From Eledone cirrhosa (lineage: Eukaryota), in assembly GCA_964016885.1 (NCBI GenBank), contig OZ024740.1:18724001-18788000 (forward strand): 64,000 nt of DNA, written 5' to 3'. Made by a program: the position numbers and the translations under genes. Shown piece by piece: positions 28,301 through 42,045 of this stretch (the stretch's first letter is position 1; each line of letters begins with the position of its first letter). Below the pieces are notes generated by a model. It was not told the DNA's origin, made no database searches, and was given only the letters and a program-made list of their open reading frames with translations.

Positions 28301-29800
28301 TGCAAACTATTTTTTATTTCATCCCAGTTAGGGTTAGTTGTTACCGTGATGAAATAAGATGACTTTCCCATGTGTCGAACCACAGTCATCGAATTCCGAA
28401 AGCACTCACTGTAGAAGCGAGGGGAACCATAGATTGAAGGAGGAAGAACAATTATCCGGCCTGTATTTACTGAATCTCCTTCAGCCACAGCATCATACAA
28501 ACCCTTATACTTTGCAGCTCGTATCATGGTTTGATTGTTGCGGGCCCAATTGAGGCGACAATGTTCTATTTTTGCCTGGGCATCTACAGCATATTGCTGC
28601 ATCAGCCGCCTGCTCTTCATGATAATGTTACAGTCACCTTGTCTAACCTGAAACCGATAACAGTAGAAATCAGTGGGTGTGGGTGTGTTGTTGTCAATCC
28701 TTTTCAAACCAACCTGAAACCCATCATTCCCCCAAGGAAACAGTAGCACATAATGCAGGGGATCATAAGAATGGTGCAACTGATGAATCCTCTGAAGACC
28801 ACCATCTCTTTTATGAATGATGACATCCAAAAGACCTAATGCTGTATCAGGTTGAATATCAGCAATCTCAGATGCCATGGGAAGTTATATGTGCGACAAT
28901 GAAAATCGGTGGGTTTTACTTTGTCAGCATGTAGGACAATATTCACATTTTCAGAGACTGGCATTTCAATGACTGACTTGAAGCTTCTTATATCGGTGTT
29001 GCAGTAGTGCAAGTCTTCCTGCGGGTCCTGCAGGACAGCAGCATTTAAATTAGCATGATGCAAAGGATTCTGAAACTCATGAACTGTATCATAGAAGTAA
29101 AGCTGCGCAAACTTGGATGAAGCATCACTTGGAAGTAGCGATCCAATAATATGACAAATCTTACCTTGGATCTTCAATGTGGGACTAAATCCTAGTACTT
29201 TAATCTCTTTGCAACCAATTGAAGCTAAGGCAAGCACAATGTTATATGCACGTATCTTATGGAGAAAAGAATTTCCTGCTTGAGTGATATCGAAATATTT
29301 CAGTATATTTGGTGGAGGAGGAGGAAGTTGAGGGAGTTTCACTTTTCCCTGGAAGCAGCACAGAGATTTGGGTTCATGTGGCCAGCGATAAGCTTTGCAG
29401 TGCGGACAAACAGAGGCAAAGAGACTCCCTGCATTATGTTGTGGCATTATGGAAAGAACAGTTTAATCTTGGAAAGGTTCATCTGTAGGATTCTTTACCA
29501 GACCTTCAATTGACCTGACCTGTTCCTTCCTCTCTGAACGTTTGGTGTATTTGTTGCAAGTTGTTGTTGGTGTGTTAACTGAATTACATTTGTAGAAATG
29601 TGTTGGGATGTTGTAGAGCGATTATTGTTTGATTGATTTGTCCTCATCTCTGTTTGTCGTTGTGCGTCTGCTGCGACATGCGTTGGGATTTAGATAAACG
29701 TTTTCTGCGTCCCATGTTCACTCTCTGTCATGTATGTATAAATATATGTTATCTCTACGGTGAAATCTTAGAAATAAATATGTTAAAACAAAAATATAAA
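25346..29800 (-). mobile_element. Helitron, formerly autonomous (Rep-Helicase), decayed
   Basis: Consecutive ORF fragments: CPHC...CCFQGK; YDPLHYVLLFP; EWQKRGLTHAH and KYLYKY (HUH Rep motifs); AGTGKT, LIIDE, KQFPVKPAFALTCNKAQGQT (PIF1 helicase). 3' hairpin followed by CTAG|T at 25346. 5' end approximate. Confidence 0.92.
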
Positions 29801-29805
29801 TATAA

Positions 29806-29856
<51 letters not shown>

Positions 29857-30639
29857 GAAAGTGGTCCTCATGAGTGATCTTCCAACCATCACAGGTATTT
29901 CTTCGCTTTAAAGACCATATACCTCCGGTTGTTGCGAGCAACGGCTAAAAAAAGTCGTTGGGACACGTAAATAAAGGGGACAGCGAAAGTGTAAACAAAC
30001 AAAGATGGTGAAGCAACGAAAGGTGAGGAAGAACGAGTCAAGTCCCAAATTTCCATGAATATAAGTTCGGTGAAATCGTGAACGAGAGAGAATAAAGACC
30101 ATCAAACCTGGTTGGAATGTGAGCAAGGAAGGAATTCCGTACAGGTCTAACGGGAGGAGGAAGGAATCTAGTCTGTGAATTCGGTGAACATAAGTTCTGT
30201 GAAATCGTAGACGAGAGAGAGAGAAAAAGCGAACCTGCCTGACCAAGCGTGCGAAAGAAAAGAATTACGCACAGGTCAAACGGGAAGAAGGAGGAGGAGG
30301 AGAGGTAGTAACAGAGAGTGAGTGAGTGAAGGGTGAGGAAGAGGCTAACAGAGAGAGTGACTGTTAGAGAAGGTAAAGATACAGAGAAAGAGGAAGCAGT
30401 AAGAACGAAATAGACGGGTCACAGCGGGGGAAAAAATATGTGTAAATATGAGAATAAACGTGCTGCGTGGTTGCAAATGGGTTACATATGAATAAAGTGA
30501 TCACTGATGAGGACCACTTTATTCATATGTAACCAGGTTTGATGGTCTTTATTCTCTCTCGTTCACGATTTCACCGAACTTATATTCATGGAAATTTGGG
30601 ACTTGACTCGTTCTTCCTCACTTTTCGTTGCTTCACCAT

Positions 30640-30705
<66 letters not shown>

Positions 30706-31286
30706 CCACACATATACTGCGTGAGTATATATACATAGTATACATAACACATAGTAACACACACATATACTGCGTGAGTATATATACTGCGATGTATGTA
30801 TGTGCCGGTGTGTGTGTCTGAGCATGTAGACGTACGAGTGTGAATGCATAGATAGGTGTATGTCTGAGTATATATATGTGTGTGTTACTATGTGTTTATT
30901 CTAGTGTGTGTGGGTGCTTACTCTGAAGTGTGAGCAGACGTGTGAGGTACTGAACCCAGCATGACTCCATTGAAATATGTCGGACGGAAAATAGTTGATG
31001 AACCGTATGGCAGCAGATACTGACCAGAACTTGTGATGACGTGGAGTAACAACAGCCAATGGCATGACAAGAGTGGAAAGAAGGTTTTTTTGAGGGGTTG
31101 TTTTGATAACAACACCCCAGTGATATAATTTGCTCCGGACATAACAGACGTGTCTGAAAGAACCAGCAGAAGTAGAATCAGCCAGATCCATACAAGTACC
31201 ATGACTCGAGCTACATGCCGGCGAAACATTTGTAACACGAAATAAACTAAGTCCAGATGCATCACTGATTTTTCGTTTTCTTGATA

Positions 31287-31338
<52 letters not shown>

Positions 31339-31557
31339 GTATATTTTCAATCACATATTTTTTTATTCATTTGACCCGAATTACTTGGTCGTTTCTATGG
31401 TTGTGCGGATGACGGTTTAACCATCGTCTCAGTGTGTTTGGCCTTTAACGTGTGTTGTAGCTCTGGTTCGTCAGAATTATTAAGCGCTTGCCACACATCT
31501 CGGAAGTTGTTTTTCGCTAATTCCAAAGCCGAAATACGATTCTCGCTAATTTATATT

Positions 31558-31693
<136 letters not shown>

Positions 31694-31880
31694 TATATAT
31701 ATATTTACACACACATCTTTTTTAGTCATTTCTCTTTCGCAGGCTTGTCACACATGCCTAAAACATACACATATATATATGCATACATACACACGTACAG
31801 ACACACACGTACACACACGTACACACATATAATTTAATACAAAAAATTCCATTTGGATCTATTTTAATACAATCTGAGAC

Positions 31881-31929
31881 TTATATTCTACTTTTTCTGA
31901 AATTGATCTGGCAATCCTGTTCTTCCTTT
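31881..31929 (-). CDS. Probable terminal coding exon of the SLC22-like gene
   Basis: Follows a 69-nt intron with a pyrimidine tract and ctag acceptor; continues the frame as (A)KEEQDCQINFRKSRI-stop. No conserved motif, so less certain. Confidence 0.55.
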
Positions 31930-31998
31930 CTAGATGACACAAAGCCACAGAAATAATGAAAGAAAAAGAGAAATATGAAGATTTCGACAAATACTTAC

Positions 31999-32144
31999 GC
32001 ATTCTCGGCTTCTGCAATCGAATCCGGAAGTTTACGTCCTCGAGTTTCTGGTAGAATTAAAGTAAGGGCAGCAGCAACTAGTGCCATACCACCAAACATA
32101 AATAATGGTATGGATCGACCCAGACTTCCTCCGATAACGTCACC
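31999..32144 (-). CDS. SLC22-like gene, coding exon (last TM helix, LPETRG motif)
   Basis: Flanked by ctag| and |gtaagt; 146 nt, phase 0. Translates GDVIGGSLGRSIPLFMFGGMALVAAALTLILPETRGRKLPDSIAEAEN; in frame with the exon 21.5 kb upstream. Confidence 0.9.
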
Positions 32145-32653
32145 CTAGTTGAGAGGAAAAAGAGAATTAAATTTGAGTGACATATTAGGTTTGAGAATAA
32201 TTGTCATTTATTTTTTACTGTTTCGTCGAGGAAGGAAGGGCATAACTGATGGCATGACATGTTTAAGACTTCTGAGACTTGTGGGAGGTAGATAGGGTTT
32301 ATCCTCATATCGGAGTCTTATAAAAGAGCGGCCTCACAGAAGGTATCTAAGGGCCAGGGGGAGATTTTAAGCCGGATGATTCCAAGTAGGCTGCTGCACA
32401 ATTTGAACCCAGAACGTAAACAACCTGACGAAATTACAGACGACATCTCGCCCAACACTCTAAATTTCTGTCCTGAACTGGTATCAGGGGCAGTCTTCTC
32501 TATCCTGTCCGTAGCTGATTTATCTTAATAAGTTAATGGCAAAATTTGCAACATCCATTCTATTAATTATGTTCCAAACAGTAGTTTTAGAATTCTATAT
32601 AAGTTAAGTTTATACGTGCATACATGTACGTAAATATAACTAAAAAAAAAATC

Positions 32654-32727
32654 TGGTCAGTATGGGGTTCGAACCAACGACATTCGCGTTATTAGCCCGA
32701 CGCTCTAACCAACTGAGATAACCGGCC
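32654..32727 (-). tRNA. tRNA-Ile(AAT), degenerate (probable pseudogene)
   Basis: GGCCGGTTATCTCAGTTGGTTAGAGCGTCGGGCTAATAACGCGAATGTCGTTGGTTCGAACCCCATACTGACCA followed by a T-run. One mismatch in each of the four stems. Confidence 0.8.
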
Positions 32728-33129
32728 AACTGCTGTCGACACTGTTGTTCGACTATGTAATTTATTTATATATACACACGTCAGAAAGCATCTGTTGGTA
32801 TCACCGTTGTGGCATCACTAATAATGTTGAACTCAGAACTAGACGCTCGGTCTACACGTACGGCTTGACTAGAGTTCAGACAATTTGATGGAGCCGTCTC
32901 TCGTCTCTTCAATGAGAGAACCTTTACGTGGTCATTCACACTGCTAGAAATGGCAACCGATTTTTCCCTAAAACAACACCTAAATAGCTAGGACACATTA
33001 AATAATGTTTTAAATATACTATGTCTGAGAATAAGACGGTTCAGTCATAGCTGGAAGGCGTTTCATCCTAGGTCTGCTTAATCAAGGCTGGTTTATCAAA
33101 ACAACAACGACAGAAGCAGTAACAATAAC

Positions 33130-33420
33130 AACCAGCCGCAATCTGGTGCAGTCTGCGACTAACCCAGGTTCTGCTGCACTTCTCTCCGACAGGTTTGCGG
33201 TTGTACCCTTGGCAGTGGAGACTTCTGGTGTCCTCGGCCCTAGGGCTACCTCCCTACTCACCACCATAGGCGCTGAGCTGGCCAGCCGCAAGTGTGAGCC
33301 TCGCGAGCTGGAATGGCTTTTCCAGCGCGTCTCCCTTGCCGTCCTCCGGGGAAACGCCTTCTCCATTCTGTCCGCCGGGGCTGTGGGGAGGCCACAAAAC
33401 ACTTATATGGTGCCATAAAC
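33130..33420 (+). mobile_element. RLE-type (CRE-like) non-LTR retrotransposon 3' fragment
   Basis: VPLAVETSGVLG...EPRELEWLFQRVSLAVLRGNA resembles the C-terminus of CRE-clade restriction-like endonucleases. A related remnant lies at about 39225-39380. Confidence 0.7.
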
Positions 33421-34567
33421 TTTCCAAAACGAAAGGATGTTCATAGGCACTTTAATCGTTTATTCACAACAACGACTGCATATTAGTAGCATGAAGAGTA
33501 AATGTTTCAGAAAAGAATCAAACCTATTTCGTAGACTTTGCACTTCTGGAGATATTCCCAGTGTTGGATTTAGACCCGCGAGGTGGGGGGTGGGGCACTT
33601 CAAGTTGGGGGGGGGGGGGGGGGGGCACATACACAAAACATTAGAATACACAGCACCCCCTCCCCCCAGTTTTACATATCAAAGTTAGTTTGGCGCAAGT
33701 AATTGGAATTGAAAGTTTATACATACAGGGGTTAAATTAAAGAATTCTAGCCCTCCTAAAACTAAAAATCCCAGCTAGCTAAGGGCACAAATAAATTGCT
33801 ACAGTTGTTGCTGAATGTAGGGGCCTCGGAGCAATTGCCCCCCCCCCCACCCCCATTAAATCCGGCCCTGTATATAGCAGCGTTCAAACTGAACGTTATT
33901 GAAGTGATCAAGTGATCAAGAAGGAGGTGTCTTATTGATGCTTTCTTAGTAGGGTGTCTGACAGGATACACAGAAAGTTGCCCCCTCTATTAACTCCGGT
34001 CCTGGCACCACCAATGTTTTAATAATATATATATAGCTACACACAGACCACAGATATGTGTACCAGCAGAAACTATCTCTGGCTACAATGTATATCTCCA
34101 CCTGTGCGTGTTCTCAAATATAGGTAGAAACAACGAACGATACCAGGATACAATTAATAGAAGCATGCTACAATATATCAAGATAATAATTATCTGGTGT
34201 AGATAACATCAAGGTAAGAGGAGTGGGCATTTAAGTATCCTATAGCTTGGAATTCCATGTGAAATATTCAGGGCTCCGAGTTTATTATCTAGAACTAAAT
34301 AGGTACAGATTTTCTATGTAAAGACGTTAATTTAACATTTATTCTTGGCCTGAATAACCCCAAAATGATCAACTTTGGATCTAAACAGTGTAACTATTGG
34401 CATGACCTTGCCATAATCTTCTTCTTCTTCTTCTTCTTCTTCTTGTCAACACACATCTCAGTTGTTTTTGTTGTTTTATACAGACACATGCGCACGTTTC
34501 ACAAAAACACATCCATACTACCCACCTATACCTATCTCCCCCCCTCTCTCTCTATATATATATATAA

Positions 34568-34740
34568 AACGAAGGAAATGTGGTAAGGAACCAGGTGGAC
34601 CATAACGCACCAAAGTACTCAATACTTAGGGTAGTAGAGTGGGTAATAGGAACAAGTAAGACCCCGACGGCTAATTCTGGACTGAGTCCAGAATTAGCCA
34701 TCGAAACGGCTTGAGCTCAGCCGTCGGGGTCTTACTTGTT

Positions 34741-34742
<2 letters not shown>
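34568..34742 (-). mobile_element. Family A fold-back mini-element (deletion in left arm)
   Basis: Deletion between two gacggct repeats; inside (TA)n. Confidence 0.8.
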
Positions 34743-34791
<49 letters not shown>

Positions 34792-34836
34792 AATATATAT
34801 ATGGATATATATATACACACGCATATTCACACAAAT

Positions 34837-34882
<46 letters not shown>

Positions 34883-34973
34883 GACAAGTAAGTATGTTTT
34901 GAAATAGTGAGCAGGTTTGAAATTAGAAAATAGAATAGCTTTCACCGTATTTTTGACTAAAGAATACAGTGAA

Positions 34974-35044
<71 letters not shown>

Positions 35045-35329
35045 ACATCAGCACTTTATTAATGTTATTATATATATAGTTACACACACATATATATATA
35101 TATATTGTTTTCTCTCATGATCTGGCCTTTTCATGTGCACCTTACACCGCTGGTTGAAATAGTTTTCAGTTATCTTGCTTTTGCTTGTCACTCGTAAGTA
35201 ACGATAGTTTAATAACCAGTGACATATTTGTAGTACAAGTATAAATTACTATAATCTTATGAATCATAGACGTCTCAGATGAGACAGATATCATCTGACA
35301 AGATTAACAATCATCAAGTCAAAATATAT

Positions 35330-35980
35330 TACAATGTAGATTAAAATACGGTTTGAACTTCCATAGATATCTATTAGACAACTGGAAGCGTTACTTAGAT
35401 GACAGCCTTATTCTGTGGACTCACTGTCTCAACCAACTGAAAACTCTTATTAATAGCATGAACAACAATATTCACTTCACAATAGAATACAGTCAAAATT
35501 AACAACCGTTCCTGGAAAACATTGAAACCAACATTCACAATAGACCAACACACTTCAAACAATACTTTCTATTCACTTCAAGTCACCAAAAACACACAAA
35601 AACAAATATACCATTTTATTCATTAAGAAGAGTGTGCACAATTGTTTCGAATTATGAAACCTGGAATAAAAGACACCCAAGAATTTAAACGAATACTACT
35701 TAAAAGACAGTACCAATCAATGTTAATTGATAATGGTGTAGAATGTGCCAAAGAAATAAACATACTTCAGATACACCCAATAATCTATCCTATATTACAA
35801 CACACAACTCGAGAAATACAGAAGCATGCAATATTATCCACAAAATACTTTCACTTCTGGAATAAGAAGATGCAAGAATGGATGAAAGAAACACTGGAAA
35901 TACACGAAATAATCAAAAGCAGCAGACGATCAAAATCCTTAAAAACCTTATTTACCTTAATTACCCTCGACAAATAGTCA
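35330..35980 (+). mobile_element. Highly decayed Penelope-like RT fragment
   Basis: WKRYLDD, IHFTIEY...PFL and HPK/NIPF-like motifs seen across frameshifts. Confidence 0.6.
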
Positions 35981-36007
35981 AAGATTGTATCTACCTTATT
36001 GAAGAGA

Positions 36008-37352
<1,345 letters not shown>

Positions 37353-37815
37353 TATTTAAATAAGGACGAAGTTTTATTGTAGAAAATCACTTCAGACATA
37401 CATGCAAATAAATATACAACCATATACACACATACATGCACATACATAGACTACTATACACACACATACACACAATACACAGACTATCATATACACACAT
37501 ACACACAATACACACATACACACATGCACACAAGACCCAGAAATACTTGGCTCCCATTCTCTCTATTTACAAAGATTGTGTAGTTATCAGGTTGAGAAGT
37601 CAACAAAAAATAGCTGTTTTCTGGCAGATCTATCACAGAGTTAGTGTTCTGTTGTGCAGTTTGTGAACAACAACAACAACAACAACTGCAACAAGTACAA
37701 CAACAACAGCAGCAACAATAACAACAACTGCAACAACAGTAACAACAATAACAACAACAACAGTAACAAGAAAAACCAGAACAGTAAAAACTACACTAAC
37801 GAAAACTAGGAGCAA

Positions 37816-37883
<68 letters not shown>

Positions 37884-38256
37884 TTACTACAGATTTGCCG
37901 TAATGATCAAATGAATAGCAAAGAATGATGTAGAACACACTCGCACACACACACATCAGCAGGGAGGGAATGAGGAGGGACGTCTACTGGGCTAAGTCCC
38001 AGCCGGTCCCACGTCTCACAGGTGGCCTCACGTTCCCTGAACACAGAGCGTTCTATTGTGTTTTGGAGAATTCTATTGTGTTTCTGTATATACAATATCT
38101 TCGTAGACAAAGACAGAAGAACCAGTCTGACTAGTTTCAACCTTTCTTAGGGATTTTACCAGTGACCAAGTGTTGCTTTTAACTGTCCATGTGGTCATTT
38201 CTGATAAATCCATTATTACTAACTGCTTAAGTAATCTGGGCAGACCAATTTGTATA

Positions 38257-38459
38257 TACGACAGTCGGCTGAAAAAGTCCATAGACTGACCAAGATACTC
38301 TCATGGAATGACCAAATAAGGTTTATTTTTCAACATAGTCCCTTGAAAGAAACAATGTAGTTATTGATAAGAAGAGTTAAAATTAATGCATGCAACATTA
38401 CACAGCTCTAGCATCATTCCTCCATAGTTAGCATATGAACGTTTAAGCCAACCCTCATA
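38257..38459. mobile_element. Tc1/mariner-derived MITE
   Basis: Imperfect TIRs ta-cgacagtcggctgaaaaagtccata / tatgaacgtttaagccaaccctca-ta with TA flanks. Confidence 0.65.
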
Positions 38460-38562
38460 TAAGGTCTTTTTGCAAACAAGTTTCATAATAAATGACGTTA
38501 AGAGTATTCTTTTAAATGCTGTATTATACTACTTAATATATCTATGGTGTTTAGTCTCCATT

Positions 38563-38741
38563 TTGGCAGTATCGGTAGAGGGTCGGACGCCATGCTTTGA
38601 CGCATAGAGTTACGGTCCTTGCCATTCTGAGTTCGATCCCGCCGAAGTTAACTTTGCCTTTCATCCTTACAGGGTCAATAAAATAAAGAACCAGTATTGC
38701 ACTGGGTAATTGCTGGCCTTGTGCCAAAAGTAGAAACAATT
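38563..38741 (+). mobile_element. tRNA-derived SINE, family 1
   Basis: Near full-length copy. Confidence 0.8.
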
Positions 38742-38755
38742 ATATTTGATAGACA

Positions 38756-38945
38756 TGCGAGGTGGTATCAAAAGGTTTCCGGACTAGTTCTGTAGCGCAC
38801 CAACAGATGGCAACATACTGTTTCGCGCGCAGGGACATTCATACATCAGTGTACCGAATGACATCGCCGTGTTCACTTCAAGTTGGGAAATTTATGTTTG
38901 TGATTACGTCTATGCTGTAGCTTGTAATGTTGTGCGTAAGCACGT
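38756..38945 (+). mobile_element. mariner-like left-end fragment
   Basis: cgaggtggtatcaaaaggtttccggact...caacagatggcaac resembles mariner TIR and sub-terminal sequence; no right end seen. Confidence 0.45.
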
Positions 38946-39120
38946 TGTCTTTATATATAATTGTTTCTACTTTAGGCACAAGGCCAGCAATTACCCAGTG
39001 TATTACTGGTACTTTATATATAATATCTTCATGGGTGTCTTCTTCGACAGTTTAAGCCGGTACTGTGTCGTTGATGAAATCCTAACACATGATGAAACTA
39101 ATCCGGTTGATCCCTCTATT

Positions 39121-39200
39121 TTTTGTACAAGAAGATATCATATCATATCATTTTGTACAAGAAGATATCATATCATATCATTTTGTACAAGAAGATATCA
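39121..39200. repeat. 30-bp tandem repeat, about 2.7 copies
   Basis: Unit ttttgtacaagaagatatcatatcatatca. Confidence 0.85.
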
Positions 39201-40484
39201 TTCTTCCCAGCGGCAACCTGGAGCAGTCTACGACTAATCCAGGCTCTGCTGCACTTCGGGCCTAAGACCACCTCCCTACTTTGAGAGTTGGCTACTCGCA
39301 GGTGTTAGCCACGCGAGCTGGAATGGCTCTTCCAACGCGTCTCCATTACCATCCTCTATTCTGTCCACCAAGGCAGCCAGCGCATGGGCCTCAATTTGCT
39401 TATAATAGTGAGAGATGAGAGTGAGAAAAAGACAGAGACAGTGAGTGAAAGAGAGAGAGAGAACATCAATACTTATTTACTTATTTATTTATTTGTATTT
39501 AGTTGTATTGTTCAATATCCATATTATAGTGTTAGGTAAAAATCTAGAACAGTATAAATCTATTTGTGTAGTTCCATGTATTAACCCTATAGAAATACAC
39601 GTTTTTACAATATATCATGCACTCAATCTTAAAGTTTACCAACCGAACCTCTTGCAGTCATGGATATGTATGTATCGTCCCGTAACACCTGATATAGTCA
39701 GAGGTGACACCGTATTGACATACGGCGTTTCTTGGCTATTTTAAGCCTGGTGGAGCCCATTCCTCTCCAGGCCCGAGTACAACAGATTTCTTCCAGAGAA
39801 ACATAGAAAGTGAGAGATAGGAAATGAGAAAGAGATATAGAGAAAGAATCAACCCCAGTACTAGACTGGTACTTTTTTTATCGACCTCGAAAGTGTGAAA
39901 GGCAAAGTTGACTTCGGGGTGATGTGAACTCCGAAAGCAGAGAGCCAGAAGCAATACCATAAATCATTCTATCCGACGTTCATGGATATGCCATATTTCA
40001 AAGACGGGGTCGATAAAATTAAGTCCCAGTAAAATACTAATCGACTTTTCCTTCCCTACAAATTACTGGCCACATGCGTAAATCAGAAACCGTTACAATT
40101 ATTATTAGTATATTCTGAGTTCAAATCCCGCCGAGGTTAACTTTACCTTTCATCCTTACGGAGTCGATAAAATAAAGTACCAGTAATGTACTGGAATAAT
40201 TGCTGGCCTTGTGCCAAAAGTAGAAACAATTATTAATAGTAGCAGTTCTAGGTTTACGCTCGTCTTGTTTTTTCTGCCGTTATTTTTTATGCTTTGTTGT
40301 TGCTGTTGTTGTTGTACTTGTTGTTGTTGTTGACAAACTGCACAACAGAACACTAACTCTGTGATAGATCTGCGAGAAAACTGAGATATTTTCTGTGACT
40401 TCTCAACCTGATAACTACACAATCTTTGTAAACAGACACTTTAAGTCAGATATTATATATATACGCATACATACATACATACAT

Positions 40485-40660
<176 letters not shown>

Positions 40661-41138
40661 GTAAGTATGCATGTATACGTACATACATATATGTATACAG
40701 ACGTACAGTAGCATGCACATATATATATATATATATATACATATATACATACATATGCATACAGGTACACATACATATATGCACGTATCAGTTTAGCGGC
40801 GCTTATTATAACGTCGCTTTGTTCATTTGTAAGCAAACTGAACAGCCTGAATTTATGCCATACGGTGTTAAGGCAACCACGTCACCTTTTTGTTCAACAC
40901 TGACAACAACTGGAATAATTGTTCAACACTGACATAATAAGCGCCGCTAAACTGATACGTGCATATATGTATGTGTACCTGTATGCATATGTATGTATAT
41001 ATGTATATATATATATATATATGTGCATGCTACTGTACGTCTGTATACATATATGTATGTACGTATACATGCATACTTACATTTAAGTAAGTGCCATACT
41101 AAGAGTGAGAAATGAAATTTCGTTTTCATTTTGTTTCA

Positions 41139-41180
<42 letters not shown>

Positions 41181-41182
<2 letters not shown>

Positions 41183-41378
41183 CGAAGGAGTTGTGATAAG
41201 GAACCAGATGGACCATAACGCACCAGAGTACTCAATACTTAGAGTAGTAGAGTGGGAAATAGGAAAAAGTATGACATCCGACAGCAGAGCTCAAGCCGTT
41301 TCGACGGCTATTTCTGGACTCAGTCCAGAAATAACCGTCGAAGCGGCTTGAGCTCTGCCGTCGGGGTCATACTTTTTC
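41181..41378 (-). mobile_element. Family A fold-back mini-element
   Basis: Same arms and tail; inside (TA)n. Confidence 0.8.
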
Positions 41379-41380
41379 AC

Positions 41381-41462
<82 letters not shown>

Positions 41463-41467
<5 letters not shown>

Positions 41468-41537
41468 GTTGTAACATGAATTCCCACCGTTGTTATAAAA
41501 CTTCTTAATAAAAAACGCCGGCAATTTATGTTACAAC

Positions 41538-41542
<5 letters not shown>
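41463..41542. mobile_element. 80-bp MITE with TIR attgggttgtaacat
   Basis: TIRs attgggttgtaacat / atgttacaacccaat inside (TA)n; inverted copy at 41910-41989. Confidence 0.7.
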
Positions 41543-41584
<42 letters not shown>

Positions 41585-41586
<2 letters not shown>

Positions 41587-41849
41587 CGAAGGAGTTGTGG
41601 TAAGGAACCTTATGGGCCATAACGCACTAGAGTACTCAATACTTAAGGTAGTAGAGTGGGTAATAAGAAAATGTATGACCCCGACGGCAGAGCTCAAGCC
41701 GTTTCGACGGCTATTTCTGAAATAGCCGTCGAAACGGCTCGAGCTTTGCCGTCGGGGTCATACTTTCTCCTATTACCCACTCTACTACCCTAAGTATTGA
41801 GTACTCTAGTGCGTTATGGTCCATCTGGTTCCTTACCACAACTCCTTCG

Positions 41850-41851
<2 letters not shown>
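41585..41851. mobile_element. Family A element with a tail on both arms (symmetric palindrome)
   Basis: aacgaagg...ggctatttc-t-gaaatagcc...ccttcgtt. Confidence 0.85.
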
Positions 41852-41914
<63 letters not shown>

Positions 41915-41984
41915 GTTGTAACATAAATTGCCGGCGTTTTTTATTAAGAAGTTTGATAACAACGGTGGGAATTCATGTTACAAC

Positions 41985-42041
<57 letters not shown>

Positions 42042-42045
<4 letters not shown>

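Noticed and set aside
33560-34010. GC-rich patches resembling DNA-transposon ends
   Set aside because: No convincing TIR pair or target-site duplication identified.
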